Origin: Clostridia bacterium
GTDB lineage: Bacteria; Bacillota; Clostridia; Christensenellales; CAG-138
Assembly (NCBI GenBank): GCA_036677445.1
Contig: JAVBWI010000026.1
Coordinates: 271-64,270 of the forward strand
Length of the DNA stretch: 64,000 nt
Direction of reading: 5' to 3'
The stretch's first letter is position 1. The number at the start of each line of letters is the position of its first letter. The notes beneath the pieces are model-generated. The model made no database searches and was not told where the DNA came from. It saw only the letters and a program-made list of their open reading frames with translations. Below, in pieces: positions 55,525 to 64,000 of this stretch. The position numbers and the translations under genes were made by a program.

Positions 55525-56322
55525 ATGAGGCTTGCGCTCGCACAATTGCGTTTGACGGCTTCTCTGGAGGAAAACCTGCTTCATGCGCTCTCCGCCATGG
55601 AAATGGCAGCGAAAGAAGGCGCCGAACTGATATTTTTCCCCGAAATACAGCTTTCACCGTTTTTCCCGCAGTATGCGGGGCGGGATGTGAGCGAATATTT
55701 AGTTACGCTCGAGCACGAAGCCATCCGTCGTATCCGGGATAAATGCCGGGAACTGCATATCATGGCTTCTCCCAACGTGTATCTTTCATTCAACGGTTCG
55801 CGTTTTGACGCCTCGCTGTTTATCAGTGCGGAAGGCGAACTGCTGGGCATATCCAAAATGGTGCACATCACGCAGGCACCGCAGTTTTACGAGCAGGATT
55901 ACTATACACCGTCCGACGACGGCTTCAAGGTATACGACACGCCGTTTGGCAAGGTAGGCATCGTCATCTGTTTTGACCGTCACCTGCCTGAAAGTATCCG
56001 TACCTGCGCGCTTCGCGACGCGCAGCTTATACTCATTCCCACCGCCAACACAACGGAGGAGCCTATGGAGCTTTTCGAATGGGAACTGCGTGTACAGGCC
56101 ATGCACAGCAGCGTATATGTCGCCATGTGCAACCGTGTGGGACAGGAGGGGGATATGTGCTTTGCGGGCGAATCGCTCGTGGCCGACCCCAACGGCGATA
56201 CGCTCTGTAAGGCGGATGCGTCCGAGCAGATACTGCTTGCGGATATCGATCTTCCGCTTGCCCGGGCCGTTCGCGAGGAAAAGCCGTATTTCCGCCTGCG
56301 CAGGCCGGAAATGTATGCGTAA
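55525..56322 (+). CDS. carbon-nitrogen hydrolase (nitrilase superfamily)
   Basis: ATG follows GGAGGA. The catalytic E-K-C triad contexts are present (FFPE, ISKMVH, VICFDR). Confidence 0.85.
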   Translation: MRLALAQLRLTASLEENLLHALSAMEMAAKEGAELIFFPEIQLSPFFPQYAGRDVSEYLVTLEHEAIRRIRDKCRELHIMASPNVYLSFNGSRFDASLFISAEGELLGISKMVHITQAPQFYEQDYYTPSDDGFKVYDTPFGKVGIVICFDRHLPESIRTCALRDAQLILIPTANTTEEPMELFEWELRVQAMHSSVYVAMCNRVGQEGDMCFAGESLVADPNGDTLCKADASEQILLADIDLPLARAVREEKPYFRLRRPEMYA

Positions 56323-56408
56323 GGGGTACGGGCCGTGTGCAGCGGCATATGCAGTTAAGGGTAAGGAGTACATTATATTTATAGAGCAGCTAAAACAGCG
56401 CTGTCAGC

Positions 56409-57095
56409 CTACCGTCCGCCGCGCGTAAAGCTATGATCAATTTCCATAACAGATATAGAACTTATTCGTCTGTCTTTTCTTTTGATGCCATTGAGCAGTA
56501 TTTGAAAGTGTGCCGCAGTTTCCTCTTTCAATTCGAAATCGGGGTAACGGATACACCATTCGTAGCAAAGCCCCCGTATAGCCATCACAAAATGCCGGGA
56601 CAGCGCTTCAAGCGGCAGGTCAGTTTTGAATTCCCCCCGCCGTATCCCCTGTTCCAGTATATCGCCGAACATTTTGTAAAGCTCACGGCTATAGCCTTTG
56701 ATCGCGTCCATATCGACGTCTCTTGTAAGCTGCAACTGATAAACCGTCTGCATCATTTCATAGCCGATTGTGTCCACCAGTACGTCGGCTATTTTTCTGT
56801 TCATGGCGAGAAGCACGTCGGAAGCGGGCATATCGGGAGGCAAGGAATTCAGAAAGGTTTTGTAATCCAGATCAAGACGGGCCGTATAATCAGAGATAAA
56901 CGAAGCGATCAGCGCATCCTTCGATTCGAAATGCACATAGAACGTACCCTTGGATACGCCGGCCTCCTCCACAATGTTGTCTACGCTGACCTCGGTAAAG
57001 TCACGTTCACGGAACAGCTTTCCCGCGCTTTCGTATAATTTCTTCTTCGTCTCGGCGGCCTGCTCTTTTCTTTTGCCTGATTTCTCTTTTCCCAT
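56409..57095 (-). CDS. TetR/AcrR-family transcriptional regulator
   Basis: Start at MGKEKSGKRKE (57095) follows GGGAGGG. The HTH is VSVDNIVEEAGVSKGTFYVHF. Confidence 0.85.
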   Translation of the reverse strand: MGKEKSGKRKEQAAETKKKLYESAGKLFRERDFTEVSVDNIVEEAGVSKGTFYVHFESKDALIASFISDYTARLDLDYKTFLNSLPPDMPASDVLLAMNRKIADVLVDTIGYEMMQTVYQLQLTRDVDMDAIKGYSRELYKMFGDILEQGIRRGEFKTDLPLEALSRHFVMAIRGLCYEWCIRYPDFELKEETAAHFQILLNGIKRKDRRISSISVMEIDHSFTRGGR

Positions 57096-57134
57096 ATACC
57101 CTCCCTGATTGATTTTCGACATAAAGTATTATAT

Positions 57135-57163
57135 AATGACTTCAGTCACTGAACTGGGTCATT
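57135..57163. promoter_or_regulatory. nested inverted repeat in the TetR / surface-protein divergent intergenic region
   Basis: TTCAGT-C-ACTGAA (57141-57153) is nested in AATGAC...GTCATT (57135-57140 / 57158-57163). It lies 40 nt upstream of the TetR start. Confidence 0.4.
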
Positions 57164-57285
57164 AAATTATTATAGGACTCATTGATCTGGAATACAAGCC
57201 TGAGCCGCAAATAACAGGTATTTTGCCACCTGCCTGCGCCATGACGTGCTTATGGAAGCAGGTACGGTAAATGGAGGGAATGACT

Positions 57286-60200
57286 ATGAATAACAACAAG
57301 CCTTCCCGGAAGCTTATAGCGATAGCGCTGTCCATTGTCATGGTTCTGGCGTCGGCGCCGGTTTTGGCGGAGGCAGAAACGGTGCCGCTCGGCGCAAACG
57401 GTGAAATCACGGCCTTTTCGCCACTTGCGGAGGAGGTCTCGGCGCAGCAAGTTCCAACCGGCACGGCGCTTTCCGAACTCACTCTGCCCGGGCGGATTTT
57501 TGTCACGGTGGGTGGCAGGCAAACAGACATTGCGGTCGCATGGCAACCGGAGCCTCAGTACGACGGCAACACAATAGGCGAATACATTTTTACCCCCGCG
57601 CTGCCGGAGGGCTGTTCATTGGCCGACGGCGTGGAGCCGCCGCAAATCTCCGTAACGGTGGTGGGCCCCATGCTTCGCACGACGGCCGGCGCAATGGCCG
57701 CTGCAACGCCGGATTATGCGTGGTACGACGCCAATAAAGCGGCGCCCCGGTTTGAAATCGGCAGCCCCGCGCAGCTAAAAGGCCTTGCCGACATTGTCAA
57801 CGGCAACCATGGCGCTGCGTTCGCCTTTACGGGCAGGGAAGTCAGCCTGACGGCAGACATCGACCTTTCCGGATATGAAAACTGGACGCCGATCGGGGCA
57901 AATTATAATACATTTTCCGGAACCTTTACCGGCAACAGCCATACCATCAGCGGCCTGACAATCAATGCCCCGGCGCAGAGCGGCGTGGGGCTTTTCGGCT
58001 TACTGGTGGGGTCGGTATCGGACCTTTATCTTTCAAATGTAAACATTACCGGCTACCAAAATGCCGGCGGCATAGCGGGCGAGGTTTGGGGCAGCATCAG
58101 ACACTGCGCGGTGATCGGCGGCACGGTCTCCGGCTACGAAAACACCGGCGGCATCGCGGGAAAAGTATCTAATAACGGCAGCCTGCTGACAAGCTGCTTT
58201 ACCACTTGCGGTGTCCGCGCTACGGGCATTTCTCCCTACAGTGCCGGCGGCGTGGCGGGCAGAGTCGAATACGGAGGAGTCCTATCCGACTGCTATGCCA
58301 CCGGCTCAGTCAAACCGGGGGAGGGACTTAATATTCAGGCGCTTGGCGGGGTGGTGGGCTCGATATACGGCGGGAGTATTCGAAACTGCTTCGCCGTGGG
58401 CGAGGTAACGGGCACTACCCGAATCGGCGGGGTTGCCGGGGGGCTTAGCGGCGCAACAACGCTGGAAAACTGTGCCGCGCTCAACATTCGTGTGGCCGGC
58501 GACCCCAATGCCGGCTCATATGGAGGCGTCAATACAGGCCGCGTCGCGGGATATGTCTCAGGCGCACAGGTGATCAATGACATTGCCTTTTCAGGATTGA
58601 TACTTGTAAACGGCGGCGGCAACAACGCAAACGGCAGCGACAGGTCCTCCGCGCAAATCAAGGCCGAAGGTTTTTTTGAGACAAGCGGTTTTTCCGCGCC
58701 GGCCTGGCAAAGCGAAACCGAGAAGCTGCCCATTCTGACCGGCTTCCCCGAAGGGCTGCAGAGCGGGGAACTGCCCGCGCATATAGGCTCCCCGACGCCC
58801 AGCGCGCCGCAGACGCTCACAGCCGAGCCCAACGACGGCTCGGCTAAACTCAGTTGGGCCGCGCCCGGAAGCAGCGGCGCAAGCGACATCAGCCGATATG
58901 AGGTTCGTAAAAACAACGAGGGCTGGATATCGGTCGGCATGGCAATGACCTACACGTTCACCGGACTGACCAACGGCACAATTTACACCTTTGAAGTGCG
59001 GGCCGTCAACAGCTATGGAAACGGCGCCGCGGCCTCTGTTCAGAGGGTACCGGTCAGTTCCGGGAATATAGCGGCCATCCCGGGCGACCGAAGCGTCGTT
59101 CTCAATTGGGTGACGCCGCCATCTTTAATCGGAAGAATTACGGATTATTGGGTGCGCTACGATGATGCCTCATGGAAGTACCCCGATGAGAATTACCTGC
59201 ATACCTTCTTTGGGTTGGCTAACGGCGTAAACTACACCTTTGAAATATGGGGAATTGGCATGAATGGCTCGACTCAAGGCGTACTGTTCAGCGCCAGCAT
59301 CGTGGCCATGCCTGTCGGCAAGCCTATGGAGCCGGCCAATCTCATCGCGGTTCCGGGGGGCGGGCAGATTGCGCTGAGCTGGGAGGAGGTGTACAGCGAC
59401 GAGGGCAGCCCCGTTCTGAGATATGAGGTATCCCAGGATGGCGGCGTCAACTGGGTATCGGTCGGTATGGCCATGACCTACACCTTCACCGGCTTGACCA
59501 ACGGTATGGCCTATCCGCTGCAGGTACGGGCAGTCAATGCCATCGGGACGGGCAACGCGGCGGCGATATCGGCCACGCCGCGCCAGCCGCCCGCAATGAT
59601 AAGCACGGGCAGCCAAAGCTTTCCTTATGGTTCCGGCGGCGCCTTTACCGTCTCGGCCAGCGGTACGCCGCCCATCGCCTACGCCCTTTCCGGCCAGCCC
59701 GGCGGCATCAGCATGAACGAATCGACCGGCAGCGTTACCGTTGAAAGAACGGTACCCGCAGGAGTATATCCCTTTACCGTCACCGCGGCGAACGGTTCGC
59801 CGCCCGATGCGGTGCAGGACTTTTCATTGACCATAACGTCCCGCACGCCGCAATTGAGCGACCTGCAATATACAGCCCCGTCCAACCGCACCTACGACGG
59901 CGCCAGCACCGGCATCGGCCCGGTAACCGATAAAAACGCCATCGGCCTGTCCTGTACCGTCTATTATCAGGGCATTAGCGGGACAACCTACCCAAGGTCC
60001 CAAACACCCCCCAAAAATGCGGGACAGTATGAAGTCATTGCGGCTATTGCGGGAAACACGAATATCAACGCGGCCGAGCTGTCCCTCGGGACCTACCGCA
60101 TCCTTTCCAAAAGCATCACCGTTACGCCGACAGCCGGGCAGAACAAGGTGTACGGCCAGCCCGATCCGCCGCTGCAGTACACTCTGTCCGATGCTCTTTG

Positions 60201-62919
60201 CACCGGCGATGAACTGACCGGCACGCTTGCGCGCGCCGCCGGGGAAAATGTGGGGAGCTATGCCATCGCGATGGGAACGCTAACGGCCGGCGGCAACTAT
60301 ACATTGTCGCTCTCGGGCAGCGTCAGCTTCGCCATCACCCCCAAGGCTGACGCCACATTTACCATTGCCGAAATTTCCCCGCGGACCTATACCGGCAGCG
60401 CTATTACGCCGGAGCCGCAGGTGAAGGACGGAAGCATCGTTTTAACAAAGAATGTGGACTTCACTTACGGTTACGGCAACAATACCAATGCCGGGGTTTC
60501 CGCCGCCGTCAGTATCACCGGCATCGGCAACTATGCGGGCAGCACCGGCTCCGCGATATTTACCATCAACAAGGCGATGCCCCCGCTGACGCTGACGGCC
60601 AACCCTGCGGCTACGCAGACACGACCCGGCAGCGTAACGCTTTCGGCGGCATTGCCATCTGACGCGACGGGAACTCTCACCTTCAGAGCAGGGACGGATA
60701 CCATTGCGGCCGTAACCCTGCCAATGAAAACAGCCGCCTTCACGCCGACAGGCATTGCCAACGCATACAGCTTCACCGTGGAATACAGCGGGGACAGCAA
60801 TTACGAGGGCAAAACCAGTACGGCGCTGGAATACGGTTTTATAAAATCCGATCAGGCGGCATTAAATACCACGGACGGCACGGTCAGCTTCGGCGACCCA
60901 TTGGATTTATCAACTTTGGTCAGCGGCGGCTCCGGCACGGGCGCGTTCAGCTTTGCCGTAACCGACGGTCCCGCCAACCTTGACGGCGTCACCCTGATTC
61001 CTACCGGCGTGGGCACAGTGAGTATTACGGTGACAAAGGCGGCTGATCATGACTATAACGAAAAGTCCGCCATTTTCACGGTAACGGTCATTCCCCGCGT
61101 GATCACCTTTACGGTCGCCTCTGTCCAACCGCAAACCTATACCGGCAGCGCCATCACCCCGGAACCGGAGGTGAAAGACGGTGACATATTCCTGACAGAG
61201 GGGATCGATTTCGCCTACGGTTACAGCGACAATACGAGCATCGGAGCTTTCGCTGCCGTCAATATTACCGGCATTGGCAACTACGCAGGCAGCACCGGCT
61301 CCACAACATTTACCATCGGCAAGGCTGCGCCGAACATTTTAACCCCTCCAGCTGTCAGCGGTACCATCTATGCCGGAACTGCGCTATCGAAAATCTTGCT
61401 GACAGGTGGTGAGGCCAGCGTCAGCGGGCACTTCGAGTGGGCGAATCCTTCGGCGGCCGCGGTACGCGGGGAAAATACTTTCGAGGCCCGCTTCGTGCCG
61501 GACGACACGGTGAATTATCTGGAAGTGGAAGGCATCAGCATTACTTTTACCGCAAAAAACCGTCCCGACGGCGACTCAACCCTCTTTGCAGCAAAGCCCA
61601 ACCAGCCCACCGCTGCCAGCGTAACCGCAGCCGCACAGATGACGAATGGCCGCGCAGCCCTGACCATTACCGGCAGCATAGTCAGGGCGGCCATCGATAA
61701 AGCGCTGGCGGACGCCAAAGCCGGAGGCAATGCCGCAAACGGCATCAGCGTAACTATTTCGGTGACAGCCACAGGCGCCACCGGCTTCACGCTTACCCTG
61801 GAACGGAATGCCCTGAACCGCCTGCTCAACGCAAGAGTAAAATCCTTCGGTGTTTCCGGCCTGCCGGTCAACTTGGGCTTTGATACGGAGGCCCTCAGGC
61901 AGATCCACACACAAAGCGGCGGCGATGTTGTCATCGCCGTCAAGCCTGCGGCGGTGACTGGCCTCTACAATGCCTATGATATCACCATCACTTCGACAAG
62001 GGCCAAAAAGGCGGTCGGCATTACCTCGCTGGGGAGGGGCAGCATCATACTAAGCATCTCTGCCGTTCCCGGCAGGAACGAGTCCGGCGGTTATCTATAC
62101 GGTGCCTATGTGAGCGCGGACAACAAAATTAACCGCATTGCGAATTCGGCCTACGATGCAAACAGCAAGCGCGTGATTTTGTCCATCAATCATTTCTCGG
62201 TATACGGCGTGGGCTACGCTGCCCCCAGCGCCGGATTTTTCGATATCGCAAAGCATTGGGCGAAGGACAGCATTGATTACGCGGTAGGCCGGGGGTTGCT
62301 TTCGGGAACTTCCGGGAGGGCATTCTCCCCCGATGCGGCCATCACCCGCGGAATACTGGCAACAGCCCTCGGCAGGCTCTCCGGCGCCGATGTGAGCGGC
62401 TACAAGGCCAGCAGCTTTCGTGATGTAAAAGCCGGAAGCGTTCTCCAACCTTACATTGAGTGGGCATACAGGGAAGGTATTATGCAGGGCGTCGGAAACA
62501 GCCAGTTCGCCCCTGACAGGGCTGTGACCCGCGAGGAAATCGCGGTTATCCTGCAAAATTACGCCAAGGCCACCGGCTACAAGTTGCCTGTGACCCGCGA
62601 AGCGGTCACTTTTGCGGACGCTTCCAACATCGGAAATTCCTGTAAAACGGCGGTAACGGCCATGCAGCAGGCGGGCGTCATGATGGGCCGAAGCGATAAC
62701 AGATTTCATCCCAAATCCAATGCCACCCGGGCGGAGGTTTCCGCCATGCTGCACCGGTATGTCAAGCTAGCCGTCGACCCCGCTACCGCGCAGGGCTGGG
62801 CGAGAAACGATGACGGCGGGTACATGTACTACCAAAACGGCGCCGCCGTAACAGGCTCAACGACCATTGACGGCGTGAAATATTACTTCGACAGCATTGG
62901 CGTTTTGCAGGCCGCCTAG
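57286..62919 (+). CDS. giant cell-surface protein: signal peptide, GLUG repeats, FN3 x4, MBG/Ig-like modules, 3 SLH domains, C-terminal cell-wall-binding repeat
   Basis: ATG at 57286 follows GGAGGGA, with signal peptide ...APVLAEAE. GLUG-type GGIAG repeats lie at about 57840-58680. FN3 units carry the repeated VSVGMAMTYTFTGLTNG (58933, 59461). MBG-like KVYGQPDP is present. SLH motifs lie at about 62230-62770, and the tail reads GW..DGGYMYYQNGAAVTG..IDGVKYYFD. Confidence 0.9.
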   Translation: MNNNKPSRKLIAIALSIVMVLASAPVLAEAETVPLGANGEITAFSPLAEEVSAQQVPTGTALSELTLPGRIFVTVGGRQTDIAVAWQPEPQYDGNTIGEYIFTPALPEGCSLADGVEPPQISVTVVGPMLRTTAGAMAAATPDYAWYDANKAAPRFEIGSPAQLKGLADIVNGNHGAAFAFTGREVSLTADIDLSGYENWTPIGANYNTFSGTFTGNSHTISGLTINAPAQSGVGLFGLLVGSVSDLYLSNVNITGYQNAGGIAGEVWGSIRHCAVIGGTVSGYENTGGIAGKVSNNGSLLTSCFTTCGVRATGISPYSAGGVAGRVEYGGVLSDCYATGSVKPGEGLNIQALGGVVGSIYGGSIRNCFAVGEVTGTTRIGGVAGGLSGATTLENCAALNIRVAGDPNAGSYGGVNTGRVAGYVSGAQVINDIAFSGLILVNGGGNNANGSDRSSAQIKAEGFFETSGFSAPAWQSETEKLPILTGFPEGLQSGELPAHIGSPTPSAPQTLTAEPNDGSAKLSWAAPGSSGASDISRYEVRKNNEGWISVGMAMTYTFTGLTNGTIYTFEVRAVNSYGNGAAASVQRVPVSSGNIAAIPGDRSVVLNWVTPPSLIGRITDYWVRYDDASWKYPDENYLHTFFGLANGVNYTFEIWGIGMNGSTQGVLFSASIVAMPVGKPMEPANLIAVPGGGQIALSWEEVYSDEGSPVLRYEVSQDGGVNWVSVGMAMTYTFTGLTNGMAYPLQVRAVNAIGTGNAAAISATPRQPPAMISTGSQSFPYGSGGAFTVSASGTPPIAYALSGQPGGISMNESTGSVTVERTVPAGVYPFTVTAANGSPPDAVQDFSLTITSRTPQLSDLQYTAPSNRTYDGASTGIGPVTDKNAIGLSCTVYYQGISGTTYPRSQTPPKNAGQYEVIAAIAGNTNINAAELSLGTYRILSKSITVTPTAGQNKVYGQPDPPLQYTLSDALCTGDELTGTLARAAGENVGSYAIAMGTLTAGGNYTLSLSGSVSFAITPKADATFTIAEISPRTYTGSAITPEPQVKDGSIVLTKNVDFTYGYGNNTNAGVSAAVSITGIGNYAGSTGSAIFTINKAMPPLTLTANPAATQTRPGSVTLSAALPSDATGTLTFRAGTDTIAAVTLPMKTAAFTPTGIANAYSFTVEYSGDSNYEGKTSTALEYGFIKSDQAALNTTDGTVSFGDPLDLSTLVSGGSGTGAFSFAVTDGPANLDGVTLIPTGVGTVSITVTKAADHDYNEKSAIFTVTVIPRVITFTVASVQPQTYTGSAITPEPEVKDGDIFLTEGIDFAYGYSDNTSIGAFAAVNITGIGNYAGSTGSTTFTIGKAAPNILTPPAVSGTIYAGTALSKILLTGGEASVSGHFEWANPSAAAVRGENTFEARFVPDDTVNYLEVEGISITFTAKNRPDGDSTLFAAKPNQPTAASVTAAAQMTNGRAALTITGSIVRAAIDKALADAKAGGNAANGISVTISVTATGATGFTLTLERNALNRLLNARVKSFGVSGLPVNLGFDTEALRQIHTQSGGDVVIAVKPAAVTGLYNAYDITITSTRAKKAVGITSLGRGSIILSISAVPGRNESGGYLYGAYVSADNKINRIANSAYDANSKRVILSINHFSVYGVGYAAPSAGFFDIAKHWAKDSIDYAVGRGLLSGTSGRAFSPDAAITRGILATALGRLSGADVSGYKASSFRDVKAGSVLQPYIEWAYREGIMQGVGNSQFAPDRAVTREEIAVILQNYAKATGYKLPVTREAVTFADASNIGNSCKTAVTAMQQAGVMMGRSDNRFHPKSNATRAEVSAMLHRYVKLAVDPATAQGWARNDDGGYMYYQNGAAVTGSTTIDGVKYYFDSIGVLQAA

Positions 62920-62980
62920 GTGCGGCGCGGGAATAGCCGTACCAGTTCTCCGGCAACACCCGATTCACCCGCGCCAATGC

Positions 62981-63029
62981 AAACAAAAAGCAGCGGAAGC
63001 AGATAATGACTTCCGCTGCTTTTTGTTTT
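62981..63029 (+). terminator. strong bidirectional intrinsic terminator
   Basis: AAACAAAAAGCAGCGGAAG-N10-CTTCCGCTGCTTTTTGTTT forms a 19-bp perfect stem with an A-tract and a T-tract. Confidence 0.8.
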
Positions 63030-63367
63030 CCGAATTCAGTCAGTCTTTGGGGCAGGTTCAATCCTTGAGACTACCCGCCTTTTGCCGGCTCCCCACTTTT
63101 TGCCGGTGAAAGGCAGGAAACAGAGGCTGCAAGGGCAATTGTTGTCATGAAGCATATCTGACAAAATGAAGTGATGTTCCCGTTGAAATTCCCCTCCGCA
63201 TGCCTGAAAATAGCAATATAGACATCCTGTCAAAGAAGGATTCCCATCTTTATGATGCCATGCGCAATGTTGAGCAATCGACAGGCATCCGGGCACGATC
63301 CTTCAGCATCACATCGCTTGTCGGTCGACCACATCCAAGCAAAACACATGAATATGGAGGGGTATGC

Positions 63368-64000
63368 ATGGAAACTGCAGTCAAAACCAAAAGCGGCAAG
63401 CAAACCGTACAGAAAATTGGCCGGTTCCTCAGCGGCATGATCATGCCGAACATCGGCGCGTTTATTGCGTGGGGCTTTATTACAACGCTTTTTATCGAGG
63501 TAGGCTGGCTCCCCCACGAGGGGTTTGCCACCATGGTAGGGCCGATACTTCGCTTCCTGTTGCCTATGCTTGTCGGCTACACAGGCGGTAAGCAGGTGGG
63601 CGGCGCGCGCGGCGGCATAGCCGGCGCCGTCGCAACGATGGGCGTCATCGTCGGTACCGAGGTCACCATGATCATGGGCGCCATGCTCATAGGCCCTCTG
63701 GCCGGTTGGGTGGTCAAACAGTTTGACCGCGCGGTGGAGGGGAAGATCCGTGCCGGCTTTGAAATGCTCGTCAACAACTTCGGTCTGGGCATTCTTGCTA
63801 TGCTGATGGCGCTGCTGGGTTTTGTAGTCATCGGGCCGGTCGTTCAGGCAATCACGGCGTTCCTGACCGCCGGCGCAACATTGATCAACGACATTCATGC
63901 GCTGCCTGCGATCTCCCTCTTCGTGGAACCCGCAAAAGTGCTGTTCTTGAACAATGCCATCAACCATGGTATCATGGGGCCCATCGGTGCGCAGCAGTTT
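63368..64000 (+). CDS. mtlA: PTS mannitol-specific EIICB component (5' part; runs off the window)
   Basis: Not in the ORF track because there is no stop before the window edge. Hand translation from the ATG at 63368, after GGAGGGG, gives METAVKTKSGKQTVQKIGRFLSGMIMPNIGAFIAWGFITTLF...GYTGGKQVGGARGG...FVEPAKVLFLNNAINHGI, which matches MtlA EIIC motifs. Confidence 0.85.
   Translation, partial: METAVKTKSGKQTVQKIGRFLSGMIMPNIGAFIAWGFITTLFIEVGWLPHEGFATMVGPILRFLLPMLVGYTGGKQVGGARGGIAGAVATMGVIVGTEVTMIMGAMLIGPLAGWVVKQFDRAVEGKIRAGFEMLVNNFGLGILAMLMALLGFVVIGPVVQAITAFLTAGATLINDIHALPAISLFVEPAKVLFLNNAINHGIMGPIGAQQF

Noticed and set aside
63230-63967. 245-aa minus-strand ORF and the 63364-63591 plus-strand ORF
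   Set aside because: Both overlap the mtlA reading frame, which starts at 63368 and is open to the window edge. That frame has unmistakable PTS EIIC(Mtl) motifs. The track missed it because it has no stop codon within the window.

Overview
This 64-kb window looks like a Bacillota (Clostridia-type) chromosome. The evidence is a sporulation gene (yunB), SLH- and sortase-anchored surface proteins, a streptococcal/clostridial-order fab-acc cluster with fabK, and GGAGG-type ribosome-binding sites. Composition is mosaic. High-GC housekeeping blocks carry dusB-greA-lysS at 0.6-3.8 kb, the complete type II fatty-acid synthesis cluster plus degV at 38.3-48.6 kb, and pdxK/GNAT/tcdA at 49.8-52.0 kb. Lower-GC accessory blocks lie between them: a decayed island next to tRNA-Val at 9.7-17.6 kb, and a block at about 23.6-34.8 kb. 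I call about 60 CDS, one tRNA-Val(CAC), three gene remnants or pseudogenes, and two IS remnants. I also call several promoter, operator and terminator candidates that rest on sequence pattern alone. I found no rRNA, CRISPR array, prophage or integrase. The most unusual signal is non-coding. At least four intergenic sites (5.0, 6.5, 9.7 and 25.3 kb, with a decayed fifth at 48.7 kb) hold 160-215-nt inserts made of concatenated terminator-like stem-loops. Each insert is bracketed by a 20-33-nt direct duplication of a local host hairpin, either an intrinsic terminator or the 3' end of the tRNA. Two of the inserts are inverted homologues of each other, and their 15-bp stem shows a compensatory three-base-pair change. 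A second, GC-rich module family is shared by three other intergenic sites. Other points worth a second look:
- a 66-67-nt tandem triplication of the lysS 3' end that keeps a five-codon mini-ORF;
- a LiaS-type kinase whose N-terminus resembles the free-standing YxlE/PLDc_N-like peptide encoded just downstream with a YxlFG-like ABC pump and a membrane-anchored serine hydrolase;
- a DUF4317 gene paired with a broken Y-family polymerase gene;
- a sortase and its LRR/LPSTG substrate;
- an orphan lipoprotein-type class B sortase homologue;
- two small ORFs below the ORF-track cutoff;
- a roughly 1880-aa GLUG/FN3/MBG/SLH surface protein next to a divergent TetR gene.
All family assignments come from motif recognition by eye. 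No database search was run.
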